Below are positions 17,489-25,726 of a DNA stretch of 64,000 nt, one piece after another. Source of the stretch: Sphingomonadales bacterium (lineage in GTDB: Bacteria > Bacteroidota > Bacteroidia > Flavobacteriales_D > Crocinitomicaceae); contig VHBC01000008.1 of NCBI GenBank assembly GCA_016872115.1, positions 15,430 through 79,429 of the forward strand. The letters are read 5' to 3'. Each line of letters opens with the position of its first letter. Position 1 is the first letter of the stretch. The notes below the pieces were generated by a model. The model was not told the DNA's origin. It searched no databases and was given only the letters and a program-made list of their open reading frames with translations. The position numbers and the translations under genes are program-made.

Positions 17489-17983
17489 ATGCAAACCATT
17501 CTTAGTCAGCAGCAAATTCAGCAAAAAATTGTCCGTCTTGGTCATCAGCTCATTGAAACAGCCTTTGATCAAAATGAAATTTATTTAGGTGGTATCGTCG
17601 GCAACGGCTATCTTCTTGCACAACATTTGGCAAATGTAATTGCAGAGAACAGTTCGTTAAAAGTGATTTGTTTTGAAATAAAACTCAACAAAGACGAGCC
17701 TTGGAGTGAACCCATCACCTTTTCTATCGAACAGAAGGCACTTAAAAACGCTTATATTGTCTTGATTGACGATGTCGTCAATAGCGGCAAAACCATGCAA
17801 TATGCCTTACTCAAGTTTCTAGAACAGGCAACTACTGCCATAAAAACAGTTGCACTGATCGATCGCCAACACAGACGCTACCCGATCAAAACTGATTTTG
17901 CTGGTTTAAGCCTGTCAACGACCCTTAAAAATCATGTTGAGGTGGATTTCAATGCTACGGACGCAAAAGTATTTTTGTACTAA
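17489..17983 (+). CDS. Type I phosphoribosyltransferase family protein (PyrR-like)
   Basis: 164 aa from ATG 17489. PRPP-binding loop YIVLIDDVVNSGKTM. The longer 17456 start overlaps the upstream terminator. Confidence 0.65.
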   Translation: MQTILSQQQIQQKIVRLGHQLIETAFDQNEIYLGGIVGNGYLLAQHLANVIAENSSLKVICFEIKLNKDEPWSEPITFSIEQKALKNAYIVLIDDVVNSGKTMQYALLKFLEQATTAIKTVALIDRQHRRYPIKTDFAGLSLSTTLKNHVEVDFNATDAKVFLY

Positions 17984-18810
17984 TGGAAAAAATCACCGAA
18001 GCGAGTTCGGTTTTTAACAACCTCGAACAAATGAGCACCCGCGCACTGCTAGAGGGCATCAATTCTCAAGATCAATTGGTGCCACGAGCCGTAGCGCAAA
18101 TCATCCCCGAAATCGAAGTTTTTGTCGAAGCGTGTTTTGAACGCATGCAACATGGTGGACGACTTTTCTACCTAGGTGCTGGTACTAGCGGCCGCCTTGG
18201 TATAGTCGATGCCAGTGAATGCCCGCCAACATTTGGTGTAGACCACGGACGCGTCGTTGGCTTAATTGCAGGTGGCGACACCGCCATACGCAAAGCAGTC
18301 GAATTTGCTGAAGACGACACCGAACAAGGATGGAAAGACATCCTTGAACACGAGCCAACACCGCACGATACCGTTGTAGGAATTGCTGCATCTGGTACCA
18401 CCCCATACGTTTTGGGCGCACTTGAAAAAGCAAATCAACAAGGGCTCTTGACTGCCGGAATTTCTTGCAACCCCAACTCGCCGCTTTCCCATTTGGCTCA
18501 ACATACCCTTTGCCCAATAGTAGGTCCTGAATTTGTCACGGGCAGCACACGAATGAAATCAGGTACTGCACAAAAACTTGTCCTTAACATGATTTCAACC
18601 AGTCTTATGATCAAACTAGGTCACGTCAAAGGAAACAAAATGGTAGATATGCAACTTTCCAATGAAAAACTCGTTGAGCGTGGCGCAAAAATGGTCGCCT
18701 CGGAACTACAAATTGACCAACAAACGGCCCAAGAATGGTTACTTGCGCATGGCTCTGTCCGCAGAGCAGTTGCAGCATACCTCAAACAAAAAAACAATGA
18801 GCAACTTTGA
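17983..18810 (+). CDS. murQ: N-acetylmuramic acid 6-phosphate etherase
   Basis: 275 aa with a SIS domain. LYLGAGTSGRLGIVDASECPPTFG, GIAASGTTPYV and TGSTRMKSGTAQKLVLNM closely follow E. coli MurQ. TAATG overlap with the upstream gene. Confidence 0.9.
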   Translation: MEKITEASSVFNNLEQMSTRALLEGINSQDQLVPRAVAQIIPEIEVFVEACFERMQHGGRLFYLGAGTSGRLGIVDASECPPTFGVDHGRVVGLIAGGDTAIRKAVEFAEDDTEQGWKDILEHEPTPHDTVVGIAASGTTPYVLGALEKANQQGLLTAGISCNPNSPLSHLAQHTLCPIVGPEFVTGSTRMKSGTAQKLVLNMISTSLMIKLGHVKGNKMVDMQLSNEKLVERGAKMVASELQIDQQTAQEWLLAHGSVRRAVAAYLKQKNNEQL

Positions 18811-19840
18811 TCCAAATGGCGTAGGGATTGCCAATGGCAACATATTTGGATTTCCTTATTCAGAATCCGAAGCAGAGCTCGTATTGATTCCTGTTCCCTG
18901 GGATGCCACTGCCTCCTATGGAAAAGGAACCAGCAAAGGGCCGCAAGCCATTTTAGATGCCTCGACCCAACTCGATTTCTTTCATCCTGATTTGCCGCGT
19001 GCCTACGAAACTAAAATCTTTATGTCGCCGGTTTCAACTGATTGGTTGGAGATCAATGACCGCCTCTGCGAAAAAGGCATGGAATACATCGCATATCTCG
19101 AAGAAGTTGGTGAGGAAATTGCACGGCTGCGTTTTGAAGAAACCATCAACGAAATTAATGAAGCGCATCGTGCGCTACGCGAAAATTTAAAAGAGCGTTG
19201 TTCGGCATTATTGGCTGCTGGTAAAATCCCTTGTGTTTTGGGCGGCGAACACTCTACGCCTTTGGGTTTACTTCAGGCCCTAAACGCACACCACGACGCA
19301 TTTGCGATTCTTCAAATTGATGCGCATGCGGACCTCCGTAACGCATACGAAGGCTTTGAACAGTCTCATGCCAGCATCATGTACAATGCACTAAAAGAGC
19401 TCAACAACTTGGTTGGCCTCACGCAGGTAGGCATACGTGATGTTTCTGAGAAAGAAATTGAATTTGCCGCCAACGACCCAAGAGTACATACTTTTTACGA
19501 TTGGGACCTCAAAAACGAAGTCTACCAAGGTAAAAATTGGTCTGAACAAGTACAGCAAATCATTGCGACGCTACCACAAAAAGTATATATCTCTTTTGAT
19601 ATAGACGGCCTGACTCCAAGTTTGTGCCCACACACCGGAACACCAGTTGCAGGTGGTTTTGAACTACAGCAAATCGCTTTTCTTTGTTTTGAGCTCGTCC
19701 GAAGTGGCAGACAAATCATTGGTTTTGACCTTAACGAGGTTGCACCAGGCCCCGAAGGTGATTGGGATGCCAATGTCGGCGCACGCGCACTGTGGCATTT
19801 GGTTTGCGCCACTGAACTCAGTAGAAGACAACACGCATGA
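18797..19840 (+). CDS. Arginase-fold ureohydrolase (agmatinase / formimidoylglutamase-like)
   Basis: 347 aa from ATG 18797. Mn-binding motifs QIDAHADLR and SFDIDGL. The longer ORF from 18662 runs inside murQ in another frame. Confidence 0.7.
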   Translation: MSNFDPNGVGIANGNIFGFPYSESEAELVLIPVPWDATASYGKGTSKGPQAILDASTQLDFFHPDLPRAYETKIFMSPVSTDWLEINDRLCEKGMEYIAYLEEVGEEIARLRFEETINEINEAHRALRENLKERCSALLAAGKIPCVLGGEHSTPLGLLQALNAHHDAFAILQIDAHADLRNAYEGFEQSHASIMYNALKELNNLVGLTQVGIRDVSEKEIEFAANDPRVHTFYDWDLKNEVYQGKNWSEQVQQIIATLPQKVYISFDIDGLTPSLCPHTGTPVAGGFELQQIAFLCFELVRSGRQIIGFDLNEVAPGPEGDWDANVGARALWHLVCATELSRRQHA

Positions 19841-20328
19841 AAATTACACAAGCGAAAATATTAACCGCTTTGACACTTGGTTTTGGACTACTGAGTTTAT
19901 TTTCGGTCTGGAATATCTACAACTGGGATTTTTTAGGTTGGGGAAGCAAATTATTTTTATTTCCTTTTCTTACCGTCATTGCACTTATGGCTAAATTGAG
20001 TCCAAAAAAACCAAAATGGATCAGCAGCATCCAAATTGGACTCATGGCTTTGCACGGTGTATGTTATTTCGTTGTTTTCAATCTACAGGATCCACATCAG
20101 CCTAATTTATTATTACTGTTAGTGCCCATGCTTTTGTCCACTATTTGCTTAATTGCAGCAAAGAGTCAACAAAAACAAAGTATCGTATTTCTTGCGATAG
20201 CCGCAATTTTATTCATACTACTTGGAACCACAGCCAAACCCGTTTTTTTCTATTCTGGTATTTGTTTTGAACTTTTCGGTTTGCTGCTTTATTTGATCGC
20301 AATTATGCGTTCATCTAAAAGCATTTAA
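19837..20328 (+). CDS. Hypothetical small membrane protein
   Basis: 163 aa, about 5 hydrophobic helices. ATGA overlap with the ureohydrolase gene. Confidence 0.5.
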   Translation: MKITQAKILTALTLGFGLLSLFSVWNIYNWDFLGWGSKLFLFPFLTVIALMAKLSPKKPKWISSIQIGLMALHGVCYFVVFNLQDPHQPNLLLLLVPMLLSTICLIAAKSQQKQSIVFLAIAAILFILLGTTAKPVFFYSGICFELFGLLLYLIAIMRSSKSI

Positions 20329-21011
20329 GGATACAAAGCGCGGCCATAGCCAACGATTCGACTTTGCCAATAGGTAGATTGCTCGATGTCCACAATTGTA
20401 ATGCCGATACTTGAACTCGAATGAATCATTTGTTTGGGTGCATTTTTTTCAGAAATCAAGATACCAACATGATTGACATCTGTTCCGTTGGAGAAAAACA
20501 CCAGATCACCGGCTTTTGCCTCTATGGCGCTTATCTGCTCACAAAAAGCAAATTGATCTGCGGCCCGCCTTGGTAGTTTTACGCCTTGTTTTTCAAAGAC
20601 ATAACAAGTGAATCCGCTGCAGTCAAAACCCATAGTATCCGAACCAGCTGCTTTGTAAGGAATACCCATTAGTTGGGTAGCGCTATGAATTAATTCTTGC
20701 GTGAGAGAACTCCCTTTTTGCTGCTCCGACATTACCTGATTGGTTGGTTTTTCCATCCATTCAATTTCCAAAGCATGTCTTTTGGCCCATCTTGGATTTT
20801 TGGCTAACTCTTGAATGGCCATGCTACGGTATTGATTGGGCTCTTTTAGATTGTCATATGCAGGGTTCATGAGCAGTCTTCCTGCCCGACGATAAACCAT
20901 TTTGTAGTAGCCCTGATTATATAATTGCTGCAAGGTCTCGATTTTGGCATCTTGCCCTACAGCGTTAGATGCTAAAAAGATGACTAATAGCAATACAAGT
21001 GATCGGAACAT
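20325..21011 (-). CDS. NlpC/P60 (C40) family peptidoglycan hydrolase
   Basis: 228 aa with a signal peptide. Catalytic Cys motif GFDCSGFTCYVF and downstream His (VNHVGILI). Confidence 0.8.
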   Translation of the reverse strand: MFRSLVLLLVIFLASNAVGQDAKIETLQQLYNQGYYKMVYRRAGRLLMNPAYDNLKEPNQYRSMAIQELAKNPRWAKRHALEIEWMEKPTNQVMSEQQKGSSLTQELIHSATQLMGIPYKAAGSDTMGFDCSGFTCYVFEKQGVKLPRRAADQFAFCEQISAIEAKAGDLVFFSNGTDVNHVGILISEKNAPKQMIHSSSSIGITIVDIEQSTYWQSRIVGYGRALYP

Positions 21012-22108
21012 TAATTAGAATAAATTCTACCGTTGGCAAAAACAATAGAGGTGAGATTGGGAAGTTTGACCAAGACCTTATTGCCGAAGATTTCGAAATC
21101 GGCGTTCTGGAAATTGGTGATGTCGTGTAAAACACCATCGACCAAAGCCGAAGTTCCGCCTATGATATTTCGAAAAACCAAAACATTGTTCTTAAGCATG
21201 TATTGTTGCGGCTGATAGGTTGCTACTTGTATGCGCTCATTGTTGGTATACGCAAAGAAATAGGAGTTTTCCATCCAAACACAGATGTCGTCCTTGACAT
21301 CCCAATGATCTGTTGAAAAGTTAGAAAGCGCTGTCTTTTGACCATTTTGATAATGCCAAAGGTTGCCGTTCATGTCTTCATAGACCACAAAACCTCGGCC
21401 TGCCTTGTATTTCTTGATTGGAAAGGATTCTAGTTCAACAAAATTCCCTTTGTCAAATACAAAAAACGACTGAGTATAGGGATCTTTGAAGCACATGACA
21501 TCAGTTCCAAGTTGAAAATCAAGGACTTCTTCATTATAAGTGCCCACTTCAAATTTTTGACCCACCCAGTAGACAAAATACGTATTGCTGTTGTCTTTGT
21601 AAACCACCAAGTTTTCGCCAACCTTGGCATTCATTGACAAACCATTTGTAATGGTCACCAAACTCTCCATTTTTTGATTCCAATAGACGTTTAATGACTG
21701 GTAGCGTGTGTCTTCGTAGACGATGAGGCTGTCTTTGACAATAAAGTCGCGACCAAAGTTGGTCAATACTGTAAATTTACCGGCGTCCCACATGCGTAAA
21801 CCATTGGCAATTCTATATGCCATAAGGTGATCTGAGACTTGGTAATCGACATTGAGGGTGGTGACGTCTATGCGCTGTTTACCATCATATATTTTAAGGT
21901 TACCACGGGTATCGATGTAAGCTACGATTTCGTCGCCAGCTTTATAATTGACGATGGGTTGTATTTCAACGGGGCGAAAAAAACCATCTTGAAAAGAAAC
22001 AAAATAGTTATTGAAGTCCATGGTAGGCACAATACCTTGGGTCCAAGAGGCAAGGGGTGCTAAGTAAACAAGCACAATCGAAAAAAATAAACTTTTTAAA
22101 GGCATCAT
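21011..22108 (-). CDS. Hypothetical secreted repeat protein (about nine degenerate 35-40-aa beta repeats)
   Basis: 365 aa with a signal peptide. Recurring units such as IVAYIDTRGNLKIYDG, LIVYEDTRYQSLNVYW, LVVYKDNSNTYFVYWVG and FVVYEDMNGNLWHYQNG. TAATG overlap with the NlpC/P60 gene. The true start may be the second ATG at 22105. Confidence 0.55.
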   Translation of the reverse strand: MMPLKSLFFSIVLVYLAPLASWTQGIVPTMDFNNYFVSFQDGFFRPVEIQPIVNYKAGDEIVAYIDTRGNLKIYDGKQRIDVTTLNVDYQVSDHLMAYRIANGLRMWDAGKFTVLTNFGRDFIVKDSLIVYEDTRYQSLNVYWNQKMESLVTITNGLSMNAKVGENLVVYKDNSNTYFVYWVGQKFEVGTYNEEVLDFQLGTDVMCFKDPYTQSFFVFDKGNFVELESFPIKKYKAGRGFVVYEDMNGNLWHYQNGQKTALSNFSTDHWDVKDDICVWMENSYFFAYTNNERIQVATYQPQQYMLKNNVLVFRNIIGGTSALVDGVLHDITNFQNADFEIFGNKVLVKLPNLTSIVFANGRIYSN

Positions 22109-22109
22109 T

Positions 22110-22117
22110 CAAAGTTA
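22110..22117 (-). promoter_or_regulatory. -7 promoter box (TAACTTTG) abutting the repeat-protein start
   Basis: The minus strand reads TAACTTTG aATG ATG, so the second ATG (22105) is exactly 4 nt after the box. Confidence 0.4.
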
Positions 22118-22167
22118 CCAAAATTTAGACCAATACCCTTAACTTAGTAGCGCTTATCCAAAAGACT

Positions 22168-23640
22168 ATGAAAAAATCTATTTTATCAGGTATCATTTTG
22201 TTCGGGAGCTCCTTAACACTGGCCCAACAAAAAATTACCTATGAGTCCTACGACTTACCAAATGGCCTACATGTCATTCTACACGAAGAGCACGCCACCC
22301 CAATTGTGGCGGTTTCGGTGCTTTACCATGTGGGGTCAAAAAATGAAAACCCAAACCGAACTGGCTTTGCTCACTTTTTTGAACACTTGCTCTTCGAAGG
22401 AAGTGCCAATATTGGCAGGGGTGAATACAGCGAGTTAGTTGAAAAAAATGGTGGCACGCTCAATGCCAACACCTCTCAGGATCGGACCTATTACTACGAA
22501 GTACTACCGTCAAATCAGTTGGAGCTCGGCTTATGGTTGGAGAGCGAGCGTATGCTGCACGCCAAAGTTGACCTTAAAGGCATTGAAACACAGCGCAGTG
22601 TTGTCAAAGAAGAAAAGCGCCAACGCGTTGACAACCAACCTTATGGTTCTTTCTTTACCGAGATGTTCAAGCGCGTATTTAGCGCACACCCTTATAATTG
22701 GGCACCAATTGGCAGTATGGAACACCTCGACGCTGCGCAAGAAGAAGACTACGTGAACTTCTACAAATCATTTTATGTGCCGTCCAATGCAACCCTCTCT
22801 ATTGCAGGTGATATCAATATTGAGCAAACAAAAAAATGGATTGCTCAGTATTTCGGTAGCATTCCTAAAGGACAAGCAATTAATCTATACCGAGATTTTC
22901 TTAGTATGAACGATGAGGCTTTTCTAGCGCGTTACAGCGTTGAGAAAAGTGAATTTGATGCCAAAAACTTTATGGGGTCCAATGCGCCTGCAGCCAAAAA
23001 ACTCATTAATTACATGAGTAGCCAAGGAAGCAAAATAGAACGACCGAACAAAGATTTTACACCAATCAATGGTATCATTAAAGATACGATTTACGACAAT
23101 ATTCAATTACCTGCCCTATTCATGGGCTATAAAATGCCTGCTCAAACACATCCAGATACATACGCTTTGGAATTTCTAAATGAAGTTTTATCGAGCGGAA
23201 GTTCATCGCGCATTAATAAAGAGATAGTAGAGAAACGCGAACTCGCGCAATACGCTTTTTCGTTTAATTATGGCCTAGAAGATGCCGGTATTGGGATTAT
23301 GGCAGCAATTGCACCTCAAGAAGTTTCTTTGGATACTCTTCTTGCTGCTTTTGATGCGCAAATCGCATTGATCAAAACAGAACTGATCAGTGAAGAAGAA
23401 TTCCAAAAAGTGCGCAATAAATTTGAAAACGATATTGCCTCGAGTAATGCCAGTATTGCCGGTATCGCTGAGAATCTTGCCGATAATCACGTTTATTTTG
23501 GCGATGCGGATCGCGTGAACAGCCTACTTTCAAACTACCTAAAGGTGAGCCGCGAAGACATCATGCGCGTTTCCAACACCTATCTCACACAACAGGCGCG
23601 TGTGATTTTGTATTACTTACCAAACCCAACAGAAAAATAA
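22168..23640 (+). CDS. M16 (pitrilysin) family zinc peptidase, active subunit
   Basis: 490 aa with a signal peptide. Inverted zinc motif HFFEHLLFEG (HxxEH). Confidence 0.85.
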   Translation: MKKSILSGIILFGSSLTLAQQKITYESYDLPNGLHVILHEEHATPIVAVSVLYHVGSKNENPNRTGFAHFFEHLLFEGSANIGRGEYSELVEKNGGTLNANTSQDRTYYYEVLPSNQLELGLWLESERMLHAKVDLKGIETQRSVVKEEKRQRVDNQPYGSFFTEMFKRVFSAHPYNWAPIGSMEHLDAAQEEDYVNFYKSFYVPSNATLSIAGDINIEQTKKWIAQYFGSIPKGQAINLYRDFLSMNDEAFLARYSVEKSEFDAKNFMGSNAPAAKKLINYMSSQGSKIERPNKDFTPINGIIKDTIYDNIQLPALFMGYKMPAQTHPDTYALEFLNEVLSSGSSSRINKEIVEKRELAQYAFSFNYGLEDAGIGIMAAIAPQEVSLDTLLAAFDAQIALIKTELISEEEFQKVRNKFENDIASSNASIAGIAENLADNHVYFGDADRVNSLLSNYLKVSREDIMRVSNTYLTQQARVILYYLPNPTEK

Positions 23641-23644
23641 GCTC

Positions 23645-25726
23645 ATGAAAAGTCTATTTCTCCTCTTGATATTGATCGTTAGTACTGGCTTAAATGCTCA
23701 AATTGACCGATCAAAAAGACCAGCTCCTGCGGCAGCTCAAAAGATCAATATTCCCGCATCACAAGTTTTTACACTTTCCAACGGAATCACCGTCATCTTA
23801 TCTGAAAACCATAAAATCCCGAAAGTTTCTTTTGAACTCAGTATGGGCAGTAGCCCAAAAATCGAGGGCAACAAAGCGGGACTTGCTGACTTTGCAGGGT
23901 CCTTATTAATGTCGGGAACCACCAACCGTAGCAAAGACCAACTCGACCGCGAAATCGATTTTATTGGCGCTAACATTGGTGCTGGTTCAACGAGCATCTC
24001 CATGACTTGCCTCACCAAACACCTCGACAAAGGTCTGGACCTCATGACCGACGTTTTATACAACCCGAGTTTTCCTGAGAGTGAGGTTGAACGCATCCGT
24101 AAACAGAATTTATCTGGTCTGCAGTCTACCAAAGCTGATGCCGGCGAAATGGCCAGCAATGCCACAAGAGCAATCAACTTTCCTGGGCATCCGCTAGGAG
24201 AAATCATGACCGAAGCCACACTTCAAAACATCAGCCGCGAAGACCTCATTGCCTATTATAAATCGACATTTACGCCACAAGGAAGCTACCTAGTTGTGGT
24301 CGGCGACATCACGCGCGCTCAGACTGAGGCACTCGCCAATCGTTATTTTGGCAAATGGCAAGGTGGTCCTGTGTATCAAGCTGAACTCGGCAAAGGTCAG
24401 TTTGACAAAGGCAACCGTGTCATTTTTGTCAAAAAGCCTGGTGCCGTGCAATCTGTTGTGTACGTCACCTTCCCTATCGATATCCGCTCTGGCCACAAAG
24501 ACCAACTCGCGCTTACAGTTCTGAACGGCATTTTAGGAGGAGGCGGTTTTGGAACCCGTCTCATGCAGAACCTCCGCGAAGACAAAGCCTTTACCTATGG
24601 CTGCTATTCCTCTTTGAACATCACTGAAAATGGCTCTTGGATGTCTGCTGGTGGGAACTTTAAGAATGCGGTCACCGACTCTGCTATTACCGAGATTCTA
24701 AAGGAGTTTGCAAGTATTATAGAAGCAAACGTTAGCGACGAAGAACTCAGCCTGACCAAAAACAACATGGCAGGTAGCTTTGCCCGTTCTTTGGAGCGTC
24801 CACAAACTGTGGCGCGTTTTGCACTCAATACCATCAAACAAAAATTAGCACCAGACTACTATCAAAATTACCTACAACAACTCGAAGCCATCACAAAAGA
24901 AGATGTTTTACGTGTGGCTCAACAGTACTTTACAGCCAAAAACTGCCATATCATCGTTGTTGGAAATGAGGAAATTCTACCTAAGTTATTGCCCTTCGAT
25001 AGTGATGGCCGTGTCGAAAAAATCGATGCTTTTGGTGCACCATTGAAAGAATCTAAAGCAGCAGAAATCAGTGCAGACCAACTCATTGAAAAATACTTAA
25101 TGGCACTAACTACAACCAACTCCAAAAGAGCTGCAACTAAAAAAATCAAAGCTGTCAAATCGTATGTCCGAGTGTCTGAATTAAGTTCAGCACAGATTCC
25201 TTTCGTCCTGACCTCTACAGATTATTTCTGGGAGGGCCTTAAGGAAGCGAGCAAAATGGAAATGCCCGGAATGGTTCTTCAGAAATCTTATTTTGACGGT
25301 AAATCAGGATACACCTTTAGCATGCAAGGTGGTCGAGAAGATTTAAAACAGGAAGAACTTGCAGCCAAACAAAAAGCAACTGGCATCATTCCAGAGCTCG
25401 GCTATCAATCAAACGGCATGACCTACGAACTCAAGGGAATTGAAAACATCGACGGTGTTGATTGTTACGTACTATACACCAACGACGGACAAGCAGAAAA
25501 CTACGATTATTTCGCTACCAATACCTTCATGAAAATCCGCTCAACTAACGTGCGTAAAGTTGGTGAAGAAATTGTTGAAACAACAACTAATTATTCAGAT
25601 TTCCAAGAAGTAAATGGCCTGAAATTTGCCCATGCTTACAATCTAAACATTGGTAAAATGACCCTTTCAGGAGTGGTTAAAACAATGGAAATTAATCCTA
25701 AAGAAGTACTGCCCACTGATTTTTGA
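23645..25726 (+). CDS. M16 family peptidase, non-catalytic partner with a C-terminal extension
   Basis: 693 aa with a signal peptide. M16 fold-like sequence but no HxxEH. About 220 extra C-terminal residues. 4 nt after the active subunit gene. Confidence 0.75.
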   Translation: MKSLFLLLILIVSTGLNAQIDRSKRPAPAAAQKINIPASQVFTLSNGITVILSENHKIPKVSFELSMGSSPKIEGNKAGLADFAGSLLMSGTTNRSKDQLDREIDFIGANIGAGSTSISMTCLTKHLDKGLDLMTDVLYNPSFPESEVERIRKQNLSGLQSTKADAGEMASNATRAINFPGHPLGEIMTEATLQNISREDLIAYYKSTFTPQGSYLVVVGDITRAQTEALANRYFGKWQGGPVYQAELGKGQFDKGNRVIFVKKPGAVQSVVYVTFPIDIRSGHKDQLALTVLNGILGGGGFGTRLMQNLREDKAFTYGCYSSLNITENGSWMSAGGNFKNAVTDSAITEILKEFASIIEANVSDEELSLTKNNMAGSFARSLERPQTVARFALNTIKQKLAPDYYQNYLQQLEAITKEDVLRVAQQYFTAKNCHIIVVGNEEILPKLLPFDSDGRVEKIDAFGAPLKESKAAEISADQLIEKYLMALTTTNSKRAATKKIKAVKSYVRVSELSSAQIPFVLTSTDYFWEGLKEASKMEMPGMVLQKSYFDGKSGYTFSMQGGREDLKQEELAAKQKATGIIPELGYQSNGMTYELKGIENIDGVDCYVLYTNDGQAENYDYFATNTFMKIRSTNVRKVGEEIVETTTNYSDFQEVNGLKFAHAYNLNIGKMTLSGVVKTMEINPKEVLPTDF

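Noticed and set aside
18662-18796. N-terminal 45-aa extension of the ureohydrolase ORF
   Set aside because: It runs out of frame through the 3' end of murQ. The internal ATG 18797 (MSNFDPNG...) gives a normal arginase-fold N-terminus with a short overlap.
23737-24219. 160-aa minus-strand ORF inside the second M16 gene
   Set aside because: It is an antisense shadow ORF within a confidently called gene and has no independent signals.
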